Assembly: GCF_006345805.1 (NCBI RefSeq)
Contig: NC_043022.1
Coordinates: 21,204,001-21,268,000, forward strand
Reading direction: 5' to 3'
Origin: Octopus sinensis
Lineage: Eukaryota
Length of the DNA: 64,000 nucleotides
Part shown: piece after piece, positions 35,623 through 47,289 of the stretch
How the letters are laid out: each line of letters begins with the position of its first letter
Position numbering within the stretch: the first letter of the stretch is position 1
Notes under the pieces: model-generated
The model's database searches: none
Told to the model about the DNA's origin: nothing
What the model saw: only the letters and a program-made list of their open reading frames with translations
Position numbers and translations under genes: made by a program

Positions 35623-37302
35623 ATCTATATATATATAAATATATGTATAAATGTGTTAAAGGAGAAGCATAACAAGTGGAAATTCTGCAAATACTAATGC
35701 ATAGTAATACCAACCTTTTTCTATCAAGAGATTATATGCCCCATGTAAGACTATTTGCTTTAGCCAATACACAGTGATAGCTTATAAAAATTAAACTTAT
35801 AATTCATCATCATTATTATATTATCACCGTTTAGCATCTGCCTTCCATGCTGGCATGGGTTGGACAGCTTGATAGGACCTGGCCAGGTAGAAACTTGCAC
35901 CAGACTTCTGCATCTGTTTTGGCAGAGTTTTTATTGCTGGATGCCCTTCCTAATGCCAAGCACCTAGCAGTGTGTACTGAATGCCTTTTACGTGGCACAA
36001 GCACAGGCGAGGTCAGTTTGGCATGGGTTTTACTGCTGGATGCCCTTCCAAACACCAACCACTTCACAGTGTGGACAGGATGCTTTTTAAGTGGCACCAG
36101 CATTGCCAGAATCATCAAGAAACTTTCAAGACAAAGTTCCTTTGAGAGGAGAGGGGGCATTGGGATCTTGTGTCAGATGATGAAAGTTTATAGTGGGACA
36201 GAGAGAGAGAAACAGGTGTGCTATTGTAAAGAAGATACATGGTTACCCAACCTGAGGGAAGAGCAGGGGGAGAGGGAGAACAAGAGAGAGCAGGAGATAA
36301 ATGGGGACAAAATGCAGGGCATACTCACAAAGGAAGGGTATCAGGATATAAATGAGTGGTTGAGTAAAAGAAGAGAGTGAGAGATGGTGACATGTGCCAG
36401 AGCATACCCTTGAGGTATGGAGGTCATGATACAGACAGACAGACAGATAGATATATATAAACATATTGGGTTCTTAATCCATTTCTTTTGAATACAAAAG
36501 ACATTTTTTTCCAAACAATTTAATTTCCTTAAGACATCTAAAAAATAAATCACGGAGCACAAACAAAATGATGTTCTGGTTAATCCATCAGCTCTTTATT
36601 CAATTAATTTTATTTGTAATTATGGTGCAATGTTTCATTGGAGAATATCTACTTGTTGACTCACAAAATTTTGAAATAAATAAATTTGTAAAACAAATTT
36701 TCAAAAATACACAAAAATTTTCCCAATCTATTTTATATTTATTTAATTTTATTTTCAGTTGCCTACACATTTCAGTCTTGTAGATATCATCAGTAGAATT
36801 CTGAGTTTAAACATCAGAGATAATTATATTTGCATAGTTATGGAGTAGCATTAACCTCGAAATGATGGTATTTGTAGTCCCAGCAGAGCCATAGAATGTA
36901 GATTATTAATGAAGAAGAAATAAATGTGAAGAATATTATCATTTTGCTTTTGGTTCTTCATCTTCTTTGCAGTAAATCTAAGAGATTGTGTATTTGAACG
37001 TATGTGTACACGCAGACACACCCTCAAACATATACAGATTATATTTGTACATACACAAGCACAAACACACACAAACACACACACACAAAGGAATACTTTT
37101 ATGGTAACATATGCAAAACAATCCAAGTGGAAGAAATTTGTGGAAAATAAAAATAAAAAAAAAAAAAGAGTATCGGGAAGAATTTGCTAAGTTGAATCTG
37201 AGGAAGATGAATGATGTTATGAAGGAAATAACAAAACAGTACAAGAAGTGAGCTCATGCAAGCAAGGCAGAACACGTAAAAATGGGAATTTAATGTACGT
37301 GT

Positions 37303-37341
<39 letters not shown>

Positions 37342-37655
37342 GGCACATACACACACTTATGTATATCTCTTGTGTGTTCTGTTACATGTATGACTGCTAC
37401 AGGTGAATTTAGTGCTTCAAACAGATTACTATCATCCAGTCTACTGCCAGTAAAGAGGTGTGGTCCTATGTATATATATACACATATATACATATAAGAG
37501 ACAGGTGTGGCTGTAAGGTAAGAAGTGTGCTTCCCAACCATGTGGTCTCAAGTTCAATCCTACTGTGTCGCAACAAGGGCAAGTGTCTTCTAATATGGCC
37601 CAGACCAACCAAAGCTGTGTGAGTGGATTTGGTAGGCAGAAACCTAAAGAAGCTT

Positions 37656-38256
37656 AAGGTGGCAAGTTGGCAGAAACGTTAGCACGCAGGGCGAAATGCT
37701 TAGCGGAATTTCATCTGCTGTTACATTCTGAGTTCAAATCTGCCAAGGTCAACTTTGCCCTTCATGCTTTCGGAGTTGACAAATTAAATACCAGTTACGC
37801 ACTGGTGTCGATGTAATCGACTTAATCCCTTTGTCTGTCCTTGTTTGTCCCCTCTGTGTTTAGCCCCTTGTGGATAGTAAAGAAATAGGTATTTCATCTG
37901 CCATTATGTTCTGAGTTCAAATTCTGCCGAGGTCGACTTTGCCTTTCATCCTTTTGGAGTCGATAAATTAAGTACCAGTTACGTACTGGGGGTTGATGTA
38001 ATCGGCTTAATCCCTTTGTCTGTCCTTGTTTGTCCCCTCTGTGTTTAGCCCCTTGTGGGTAGTAAAGAAATAGGTATTTCATCGGCCATTACGTTTTGAG
38101 TTCAAATTCTGCCGAGGTCGACTTTGCCTTTCATGCTTTCGGGGTCGATAAATTAAGTACCAGTTACGCATTGGGGTCGATGTAATCGACTTAATCCCTT
38201 TGTCTGTCCTTGTTTGTCCCCTCTGTGTTTAGCCCCTTGTGAGCAATAAAGAAATA
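37656..38256 (+). mobile_element. SINE A trimer with 18-bp TSD
   Basis: agaaacctaaagaagctt at 37638-37655 and agaaacctacagaagctt at 38257-38274. Confidence 0.85.
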
Positions 38257-39610
38257 AGAAACCTACAGAAGCTTATTGTGCACATGTGTATGCATGTATG
38301 GGCATTCATATATGCACATATAACTCATATACATGCACACATGTATAAATGAGCAAGCATGCATGTATATATGCTATGCATGCGTGTATTACTGCATGAA
38401 ATACTAACACAGACAGAGGAGTAATATGTGAATAAACTTCATCGACACTGCACTGGTAAGTTAAGAGACACACCCTAGCTCCAACCTAACCCTCACTGTA
38501 TGCAGTCTGAGTATTCATCTTGTTTCAGACTTATTTATACTAACATATGACTAACCATAAAGAGTTAAATATTTAAATGTCTGATAGATTAAAATTTTGC
38601 ACACTGTTAATGTGATCTTAAGAGATTAAATATACATAGTCGATTCTTTCCATTTTCAAACATAAATGGCTGGCGCAACAGAGAAAACCTCATAAACACT
38701 AATAAATAAATTAGATTAGAAAAATTCATAAAATGCATATGCATACATACACCCACATATATACATACAACTACAGGCACATACATGCATGTTTACACAC
38801 ATATACAGATTTAAAAGGTATACCAAAGTTCAACTGAATAGCAGATTTAGAACATCACCATAAAATATCATAAAATATACCCCATACCTCTATTAGGTAA
38901 TGAGGGAGTTGTCCTTCAATAGCCAATTGTATTCTCATAAACCATACACTTATTTAAGGAGTGTGAGTACCTACATATGTACACATGCATGTATACACAG
39001 ACACATGCATATATGTATGTTTGCTTCCATTTTTGATTATTTGAAATCTTCTTCATAGGAAGGAGATGGTTTCTAATAAAAGTGCAAATCTCCATCACTG
39101 GAATACTGATGATAAAGACAAATTCATAGTGCAAACTTGAGAAAAGGCTTACAGATTTTTACTGTTCCACTAACAGGTTGTATTTGTAACGTGTGAATTG
39201 GTTAGTTGACTTCTTTTTTGAAAATCTTAACTTATCCAGATTTGTCACATAGGATTTACTCACATAGGCATAAGCATGGCTGTGTGGTAAGAAGCTTGCT
39301 TCCTTAAGGCGGCGAGCTGGCAGAATCGTTAGCACACCAGGCGAAATGGTTAGCGGTATTTCGTCTGCCGTTACGTTCTGAGTTCAAATTCCGCTGAGGT
39401 CGACTTTGCCTTTCATCCTTTCGGGGTCGATAAATTAAGTACTAGTTACACACTGGGGTCAATATAATCGACTTAATCCGTTTGTCTGTCCTTGTTTATC
39501 CTCTTTGTGTTTAGCCCCTTGTGGGCAATACAGAAATAAAGAAGCTTGCTTCCTAACCACATGGTTCCAGGTTCAGTCCCACTGTGTGGCATCTTAGGCA
39601 AGTATCTTCT

Positions 39611-39974
39611 CATCATCATCATTGTTCGACCGTGGTCGAGACAATGGAATTTACCATGCTACGCCAGACTTCACAGTCCATCATAGCATTACAGAGGTCC
39701 TGTTGCTGGATGCCTGTATCCCTGGAGATTACATCAGGGTAGGAGAGTGTGCGCCCTCTGGTATCGCAAGTAGATGGCTTCCAGAGGAGAAGAGCAGAAA
39801 TTGCCTCATTTTCAGCTCTACAACAATATCCAGCAAACTGGACTCTTCTACCTTTCACAAGAGATGACACAGGTGGTAGTTTCCCATATATTTGCATTTT
39901 GGTTGGATGACACTTCCACGAGAGATTTTGAGCTCTCATAAGGAGGCAAGTGTAAGTTCCATCCAACCGCCTCT
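39611..39974 (-). mobile_element. 5'-truncated RTE-like LINE with (GAT)n tail and 12-bp TSD
   Basis: RRVQFAGYCCRA...LLLWKP...AMMDCEVWR; TSD caagtatcttct at 39599-39610 and 39975-39986. Confidence 0.88.
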
Positions 39975-41626
39975 CAAGTATCTTCTACTATAGCCTCAGG
40001 CTGACCAAAGCCTAGTGGGTGAATTTGGTAGATGGAAACTGAAAGAAGCCTGTCATATGGATATAAGTGCATGCATGTGTGTGTGCATGCACATGCACGC
40101 CTGTCTGTATGTCTTTCTCTATCCCTAACCCTAACCTTAACCCTACTTGACAACTGGTGTTGGGCACGCTTATATCTCAGTGACTTAACAGTTCAGCAAA
40201 AGAGACCAACAAAATAAGTACCAAGTTGAACAAAAAAATTAAGTACTGGGGTCGATTTGTTCAACTAAAAATTCTTTAAGGTGGTGCCCCAGCATGGTCA
40301 CAGTCTAATGACTGAAACAAGGAAAAGGTAAAAGAAACCAAATGCATCAATTATTATTGATATCAAAATGTGAATTTATGATCTGGATATAGAAGCTGCT
40401 GGGTCTGAAGCGGTCATCCATAGTTATCCTCTTTCTCTTTAATTTTCCATGTATGTATAATATGTATAATATACATTGTATATCTTGGATATGACTAAAC
40501 TGCATCCAGCAGTGAGGTTCTCATTTGAGGGTTCCAGGATTTTGAATAAAGTGGAACTATCTTTTGGCCAATGTTGTTGCCAGGTTTACTCTAGCCTGGA
40601 AGAGTAGAACTTGGGTTAACTAGCATATGTCATGACAATCCATCTCTATGCAGGGATGCAGAAATACTCTTGGTAGTGAGCTGGCAGAAACGTTAGCAAG
40701 CCGGGCGAAATACTTAGCGGTATTTCGTCTGCCGCTATGTTCTGAGTTCAAATTCCGCCGAGGTCAACTTTACCTTTCATCCTTTCGGGGTCGATAAATT
40801 AATTACCAGTTGCGCACTGGGGTCAATGTAATCGACTTAATCCATTTGTCTGTCCTTATTTGTCCTCTCTGTGTTTAGCTCCTTGTGAGTAGTAAAGAAA
40901 TAGGTATTTCCCCTGTCGCTATGTTCTGAGTTCAAATTTCGCCAAGGTCGACTTTTCCTTTCATCCTTTCAGGGTCAATTAAATAAGTACCAGTTACGCA
41001 CTGGGGTCGATATAATCAACTTAATCCGTTTGTCCCCTCTGTGTGTAGCCCCTTGTGGGCAATAAAGAAATAAGAAATACTCTCGGCTGGTGTCAGGGCA
41101 TACAGTAAAACCACCGGGAGTGAGGGACCCACAGATGTTATCACAGCATCCTTCTAAGAAGGAGACACTTTGATGTAAAAACTGCAGTTTCGTGTGATTA
41201 CTAGTCATCTTGCTTTGGCCTGTCACCAGGAACTAAACACAGAGACTCAGAGAGTGTTACTCAATGTGGTACAAATGTTTAGCAGTATAATCCAATCATG
41301 TACAGATGTCTCTTTATGGTGACCTCATTTATCATTCCAGCTACTGAAAGTCCTCTGGCAATGGAAGAGTGATGTGATGTGTTCAGACCAGTTGGAAGTA
41401 CACAATAAGTAACGACTTTCAGCTGTCACCAAAGCTTCTAACAAAGCAGATCTGCAGCAGGACTGGCTAAGTTATCTGAGAGATCATAGACAGAAAATCA
41501 GAAATGCCACTGTCTTCACAGCAATCATCTGTGAAGACCAAACAATCACCATGCATGCATGTACATATGTCCACATGTATGTGCGTATGTATGCATGCAT
41601 GTACATATGTATGTATGTGAATATGT

Positions 41627-42173
41627 CAGGTCACTTTCGAGTGCTACTGGTAACATGTAACCCAGTACAACCTGTTGCATGATCGGGCCGTCGGTGTCTA
41701 AACCGGCAACCCCACCAAGCTTGCTTGGTGAGGAGGGTGTTTATTGGACACCCTGCGGGATGAAAAACAAAACTCATCAAAGGGCAGAAGAACTTTTGAG
41801 AGTCGACAGCCATCCAATAAATGTCCTAAGGCTGTATCATGCGCGGGGACATAGAAATAATCGGACTGAATACCCGATCGCGCAGTTAAACCATTGGGAG
41901 TGAAGGACTCCTAGCCTTTGTTAGGGCATCCTTCTAGGAGAAGGTAACTCAGGTAACTGGGATAACTCCGACATAAAACCTGCAGCTCAGTGGTTACCGA
42001 TGATGTTGACTTCTTCTTTTCAGATTATGGCTGCTGTTGCTTAGTGAGTGGGATTGATTCAGTGCACAGCCATTCCTCACTTTAAAAAAAATCTCCTTGC
42101 ACAGGCATTGCATGGAAACAACATTGATTAAGCTTCGCATAATGACCATACTCGATAACGAGGGGGCAGCCAC
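41627..42173 (+). mobile_element. ~550-bp non-coding retroposon with RTE 5' UTR-like motif; partial copies at 57887-58231 (+) and about 28585-28875 (-)
   Basis: Three copies in the window; gggcatccttctaggagaaggtaactc motif; direct repeat tatgtgaatatgt at both ends. Confidence 0.7.
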
Positions 42174-42524
42174 TATGTGAATATGTATGTATGCATGTAT
42201 GTATGTATGTATGATTTTTCTTTGAGAGAGTTCAAGCCAGCTGCTAACAAAGCAGCAAGACTTTTTGAATTGAAAGAGCCTCCAATGATTTGAACCACCA
42301 ATACATACACTCAAGGGTGTGCATCTATTCACATAAAAATTTCAGATGGAGGATATTTGGAATTCAGTATGCATGTATGTATGCTTGCATGTATGTATCT
42401 TTTTATTTATTTATTTTTTTTTTTTGGACATTACATCCACTCCTTCATGCTAGTACAACTTAGGCGAAGACTTATTTAAGGCCATATTTTACAGCTAGAT
42501 TGTCTTCCCGCAGCCAATCCATAC

Positions 42525-42619
42525 CTGGTTTTTGATGAATGGGTTTTTATTCCACTTGTCTTCACAGGATGTAGAACTGAAGAACGTATCATTTATAGAC
42601 AACATGAATAAGTTATCAC
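42525..42619 (-). CDS. Possible internal exon (GDNLFMLSINDTFFSSTSCEDKWNKNPFIKNQ)
   Basis: Donor CAG|GTATGG, open frame in unique sequence; acceptor ambiguous. Confidence 0.3.
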
Positions 42620-42676
42620 CTGCTCTAATTGTGTCGTGTGGAGGCACAGAGAATGTAAACAAAAATATACACATAC

Positions 42677-43082
42677 GCAGGAGTGGCTGTGTGGTAAGTA
42701 GCTTGCTTACTAACCACATGGTTCCGGGTTCAGTCCCACTGTGGGGCATCTTGGGCAAGTGTTTTCTGCTATAGCCCCAGGCCGACCAATGCCTTGTGAG
42801 TGGATTTGGTAGACGGAAACTGAAAGAAGCCTGTCGTATGTATGTATATATATATATATGTATGTGCGTGTGTTTGTGTGTCTGTGTTTGTCCCCCTAGC
42901 ATTGCTTGACAACCGATGCTGGTGTGTTTACGTCCCCATCACTTAGCAGTTCGGCAAAACAGACCAATAGAATAAGTATTGGGCTTACAAAGAATAAGTC
43001 CCGGGGTCGAGTTGCTTGACTAAATGCGGTGCTCCAGCATGGCCACAGTCAAATGACTGAAACAAGTAAAAGAGTAAAGAGT
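42677..43082 (+). mobile_element. SINE family B full-length copy (tRNA-like head, internal (TA)/(TG) microsatellite, CR1-like tail)
   Basis: ggagtggctgtgtggtaag...ggttcagtccc...gactgaaacaagtaaaagag; other copies at about 2570(-), 8657, 19152(-), 20140(-), 52130, 55260(-), 58476(-). Confidence 0.85.
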
Positions 43083-43370
43083 ATACATGGAATGTAAACA
43101 AACACACACACACACACGAAATAAGCTGACAAAAGATCCATATAACAAACTTAAAGTTCTGTGGGTGAAAAACACATTTACATATTCAGATGCTTACAGT
43201 CAGCTTGTACTGTAAAACATTGCTATCATCAACTGTTAGCTGGACATCAAGCTAATTTCAGCCTCTTCTGACAGCATCACTCCCACAATCATTGCTGAGC
43301 AACACTGATGCTGGATGCTGGCAGGGGATGTTTGAGTTCTTTTGAACCTCGTTAGAGCATGTTTACCAAC

Positions 43371-43770
43371 AAGTCCCCAAAATCCACCCCCTTCACACCG
43401 TGGTGGGGACGCTGGCAACGGGTAGTGTCAGAGCTATGCCGTCAGGAACTTCAGTTCCTGGTAGGGCCACCCAAGGCAGATCGGTCTGACATCGAGTGGT
43501 ATTAGGGCCACAACCCGGCAGATGGGGCTCTGGTGAAAATCCTCGGAGTGTCTGCTTCGGCAACCGGCGGTTTCTCGGTTGTTCTGTCCCTGCGTCTGCA
43601 GACAATCTGCGGCAAACAGGATGTCTCTACATGCGGGATTGTTGGGGACTGCTTGTGAAATCCACATATTCCCACGAAACTTCTTCCAACTTCTTCGAGA
43701 TGCCTCGAGGGTGGTAGAAGAAGCCGACTCAACCCGCCCAGGGTGAATGTCACCACAAGTACAAGTAAGT
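43371..43770 (+). mobile_element. Short non-autonomous RTE derivative (5' UTR-like part plus caagt tail)
   Basis: gagctatgcc...ggtagggccacccaaggcaga resembles RTE 5' UTRs; TSD atgtttaccaac at 43359-43370 and 43961-43972. Confidence 0.65.
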
Positions 43771-43776
43771 ATGTTT

Positions 43777-43956
43777 CATCATCATCATCATTGTTCGACT
43801 GTGGTCGAGACAATGGAATTTACCATGGTATGCCAGACTTCATGGTCCATCATAGCATTACAGAGGTCCTGTTGCTGGATTCCTGTAACCCTGGAGATTA
43901 CATCAGGGTAGGAGAGTGTGCGCCCTCTGGTATTGCGAGTAGATGGCTTCCAGAGA
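43777..43956 (-). mobile_element. 5'-truncated RTE-like LINE, same family as 39611-39974
   Basis: Sequence nearly identical to 39611-39790; TSD aagtatgttt at 43767-43776 and 43957-43966. Confidence 0.85.
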
Positions 43957-44651
43957 AAGTATGTTTACCAACCCCCTCTCGTATCCATACCATAAACAAA
44001 GCAAGACCAACTGTAGCCACCACTCCAATTATGACATAACTACGTGAGAATTTCTTCTTTTCTCTCTGCTTTGCTCTTTCTCTTATCTTTCTCCGCAATG
44101 TCCATGATGATGAACCAGTCTCTGTTTCCCTTCCATTTCTTAAATTACTTCCCAGCTATCCTCCCTTACTCCAATGCAGTCAGATAGAGGGGATGGGGTG
44201 CATAAAATAATGAAACAGAACGAAAGAGCCTCTTACAGCATGTGTTGGATGTTATCGTGGTCTCATCTCATTAGCAAGCCAACTTGTTGAATGGGTTGGC
44301 ATGGAAACCAATTTCAGTGTTAGATATAGCTGTCTTCTAGGTTCAATTAGCTGATATAAACATGAAATTAATGATGATGGTGATAACTACAACCAACAAC
44401 AACAACAAAATTACATGTGGTTGTGTGACATTTTCTCTATACATTGTGGCAAGCTGACAGAATTGTTAGGACACTGGGCAAAACGCTCAGCAGCATTTTA
44501 TCGGTCTTCACGTTCTGAGTTCAACTGCTGCCAGAGCCATCTTTGCCTTTCATCATCTCAGGGTCAAATAAAATAAAGTAACAGTTGAACACTGGGGTTC
44601 GATTACATCGACTTAACCTCTCCCCAGAAACTGCTGGTCATGCGCTAAAAT

Positions 44652-44663
44652 TTGAAATCATCA

Positions 44664-44714
<51 letters not shown>

Positions 44715-45094
44715 TAGATAGGTTTGGTAATAAATTTGCTTGATCACTGCTGCTTTGGGTTTAGACAGCTCCATCAACAACTACAGTGATTGATACTAAT
44801 TGATCCAGGCTCAACCTGATCTAGTAAACCTATGATTTAAAGTGTTCCAACCATGACCATACTGACTTTTATTCAGAAATCATACTGTGTTTAAGACTGC
44901 TTTATCTTGATGTGTCCCTTGCTTTGTGTGTATATACATATATGTGTGTGTGCATCAGTGAAGGCTTGTAGCTTGGTGGTTAGGGTATTCGACCCCTGAT
45001 CGTAAGGTTATGAGTTCAATTCCCAGCCATGTGTTGTGTCCTCAAGCAAGACACTTTATTATTACATAGGTTGAAATCATCATCATTATTATTA

Positions 45095-45126
<32 letters not shown>

Positions 45127-45480
45127 GATAGGTTTGGTAATAAATTTGCTTGATCACTGCTGCTTTGGGTTTAGACAGCTCCATCAACAACTACAGTGAT
45201 TGATACTAATTGATCCAGGCTCAACCTGATCTAGTAAACCTATGATTTAAAGTGTTCCAACCATGACCATACTGACTTTTATACAGAAATCATACTGTGT
45301 TTAAGACTGCTTTATCTTGATGTGTCCCTTGCTTTGTGTGTATATACATATATGTGTGTGTGCATCAGTGAAGGCTTGTAGCTTGGTGGTTAGGGTATTC
45401 GACCCCTGATCGTAAGGTTATGAGTTCAATTCCCAGCCATGTGTTGTGTCCTCAAGCAAGACACTTTATTATTACATAGG
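44652..45480. repeat. Tandem duplication of ~415 bp bounded by (ATT)n
   Basis: 44652-45070 and 45071-45480 are near-identical. Confidence 0.9.
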
Positions 45481-45492
45481 TTGAAATCATCA

Positions 45493-45538
<46 letters not shown>

Positions 45539-45861
45539 ATAGGTTTATTACACAGTTATTTCACATTGGGGGGGGGGCGGATAAGTCAATTACATCAACC
45601 CCAGTGCTTGACTGGTTCTTATTTTATCGACTCCAAAAAGATGAAAGGCAAAGTTAACCTCAGCAGCATTTGAACTCAGAACATAAAACCAAGGTTGACT
45701 TTGCCTTTCATCCTTTCAGGGTTAATAAAATAAGTAATCAGTTGAGCACTGGGGTCAATCAACTAATCCCTGGCCCCAAAATTGCTGGCTTTGTGTCCAA
45801 ACTTGAAAGCATGATTATTGTTGTTGTTGTTGACTGAAACAAGTAAAAGAGAGAGTAAAGA

Positions 45862-45905
<44 letters not shown>

Positions 45906-46312
45906 TTTACATACCTCATACATATGTATACATTACATACATACACCCTCACACACACACAAGCACACATATATACACACACACACATATATGTATATAC
46001 ATTCATACATATATCTACTCATATATCTATACTATATATGTAGTATATATATATGTAGGTATGTAGGTATGTATGTATACATATATATATATATATATAT
46101 ATAATGTGAAATAGAAAGATGAATAATCTTGTTGTAGATTAATCAAAAGTTAACCGATACCTTAGTAGCAAAAATCACAGCAGTAAACAGCACGGTTGGA
46201 GGTACAACCATCTGGCGTTGCAACCGTGCGTTGGTGCGGATAATTGAAATTAAAACATTATTGGTGAATTGAAGAAATGGAGCTGAACGCAGATTGAACA
46301 GAAATCGTTTTA

Positions 46313-46401
46313 TTTCATTCTACACGTGTTTCGAAAGGCACAAATTACCAAAATCCGATTGAATAATGGGACCATATTGTGTCTTTCTCTTCAGGAAGAA
46401 A
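46313..46401 (-). ncRNA. Type I hammerhead ribozyme motif, left arm of palindrome
   Basis: Reverse complement of the 46695-46783 motif. Confidence 0.75.
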
Positions 46402-46694
46402 AAAGGAAATCCGTTAGAGAAACAAAAACAGAACAGAGCGGAGCAAAAACCAAATCGACCTATGCTCCTAAGAGCCCATGGCGAAACTGTTTATCAGTGT
46501 ATGCTGAGAACCGGTGGCTGAAGAATTCTACAGGTCAGGCATCGGTCAATCCGATGCCTGACCTGTAGAATTCTTCAGCCACCGGTTCTCAGCATACACT
46601 GATAACAGTTTCGCCATGGGCTCTTAGGAGCATAGGTCGATTTGGTTTTTGCTCCGCCTCTGTTCTGTTTTTGTTTCTCTAAAGGATTTCCTTT

Positions 46695-46783
46695 TTTCTT
46701 CCTGAAGAGAAAGACACAATATGGTCCCATTATTCAATCGGATTTTGGTAATTTGTGCCTTTCGAAACACGTGTAGAATGAAA
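46695..46783 (+). ncRNA. Type I hammerhead ribozyme motif, right arm of palindrome
   Basis: ttc-CTGAAGA (46702-46708), stem II gaaagacacaa/ttgtgcctttc, GAAA (46764), CACGTG, TA, gaa. Confidence 0.75.
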
Positions 46784-46841
46784 TAAAACGATTTCTGTTC
46801 AATCTGCGTTCAGCTCCATTTCTTCAATTCACCAATAATGT

Positions 46842-46875
<34 letters not shown>

Positions 46876-47242
46876 CACACACACACACACACGTATGTAT
46901 ATATCATACACACATATATAGAGAGACATATATACATACAGATACATGAGTGTGCATGAGAACATAGAGTTTACACACACACACAAACACACACACACGC
47001 ACACAACAGTAAACATGCACAAATACACTGCAGAAACATACACAGGCAACCATATGCATATACACACAAACACACACACACACACACCCCAGATGAACAT
47101 AAGACAATATATATAGGTGAAACTGGATGTTTCAGGATAATCAGGTAATGAATGAGGGACAGAAAGACAAAAATAGGGTAAAAAACAGAGAGATCTTTTG
47201 TTTGTTGTCAGACAGATATTAGATAGGGTGTCTCTGTCTGTG

Positions 47243-47289
<47 letters not shown>

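Larger units (their letters stand above)
46254..46842. repeat. Near-perfect inverted repeat, two 292-bp arms with 5-nt spacer (probable Penelope-like inverted pseudo-LTR)
   Basis: 46254-46545 is the reverse complement of 46551-46842 with about 3 differences by eye; spacer TCAAT. Confidence 0.9.
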
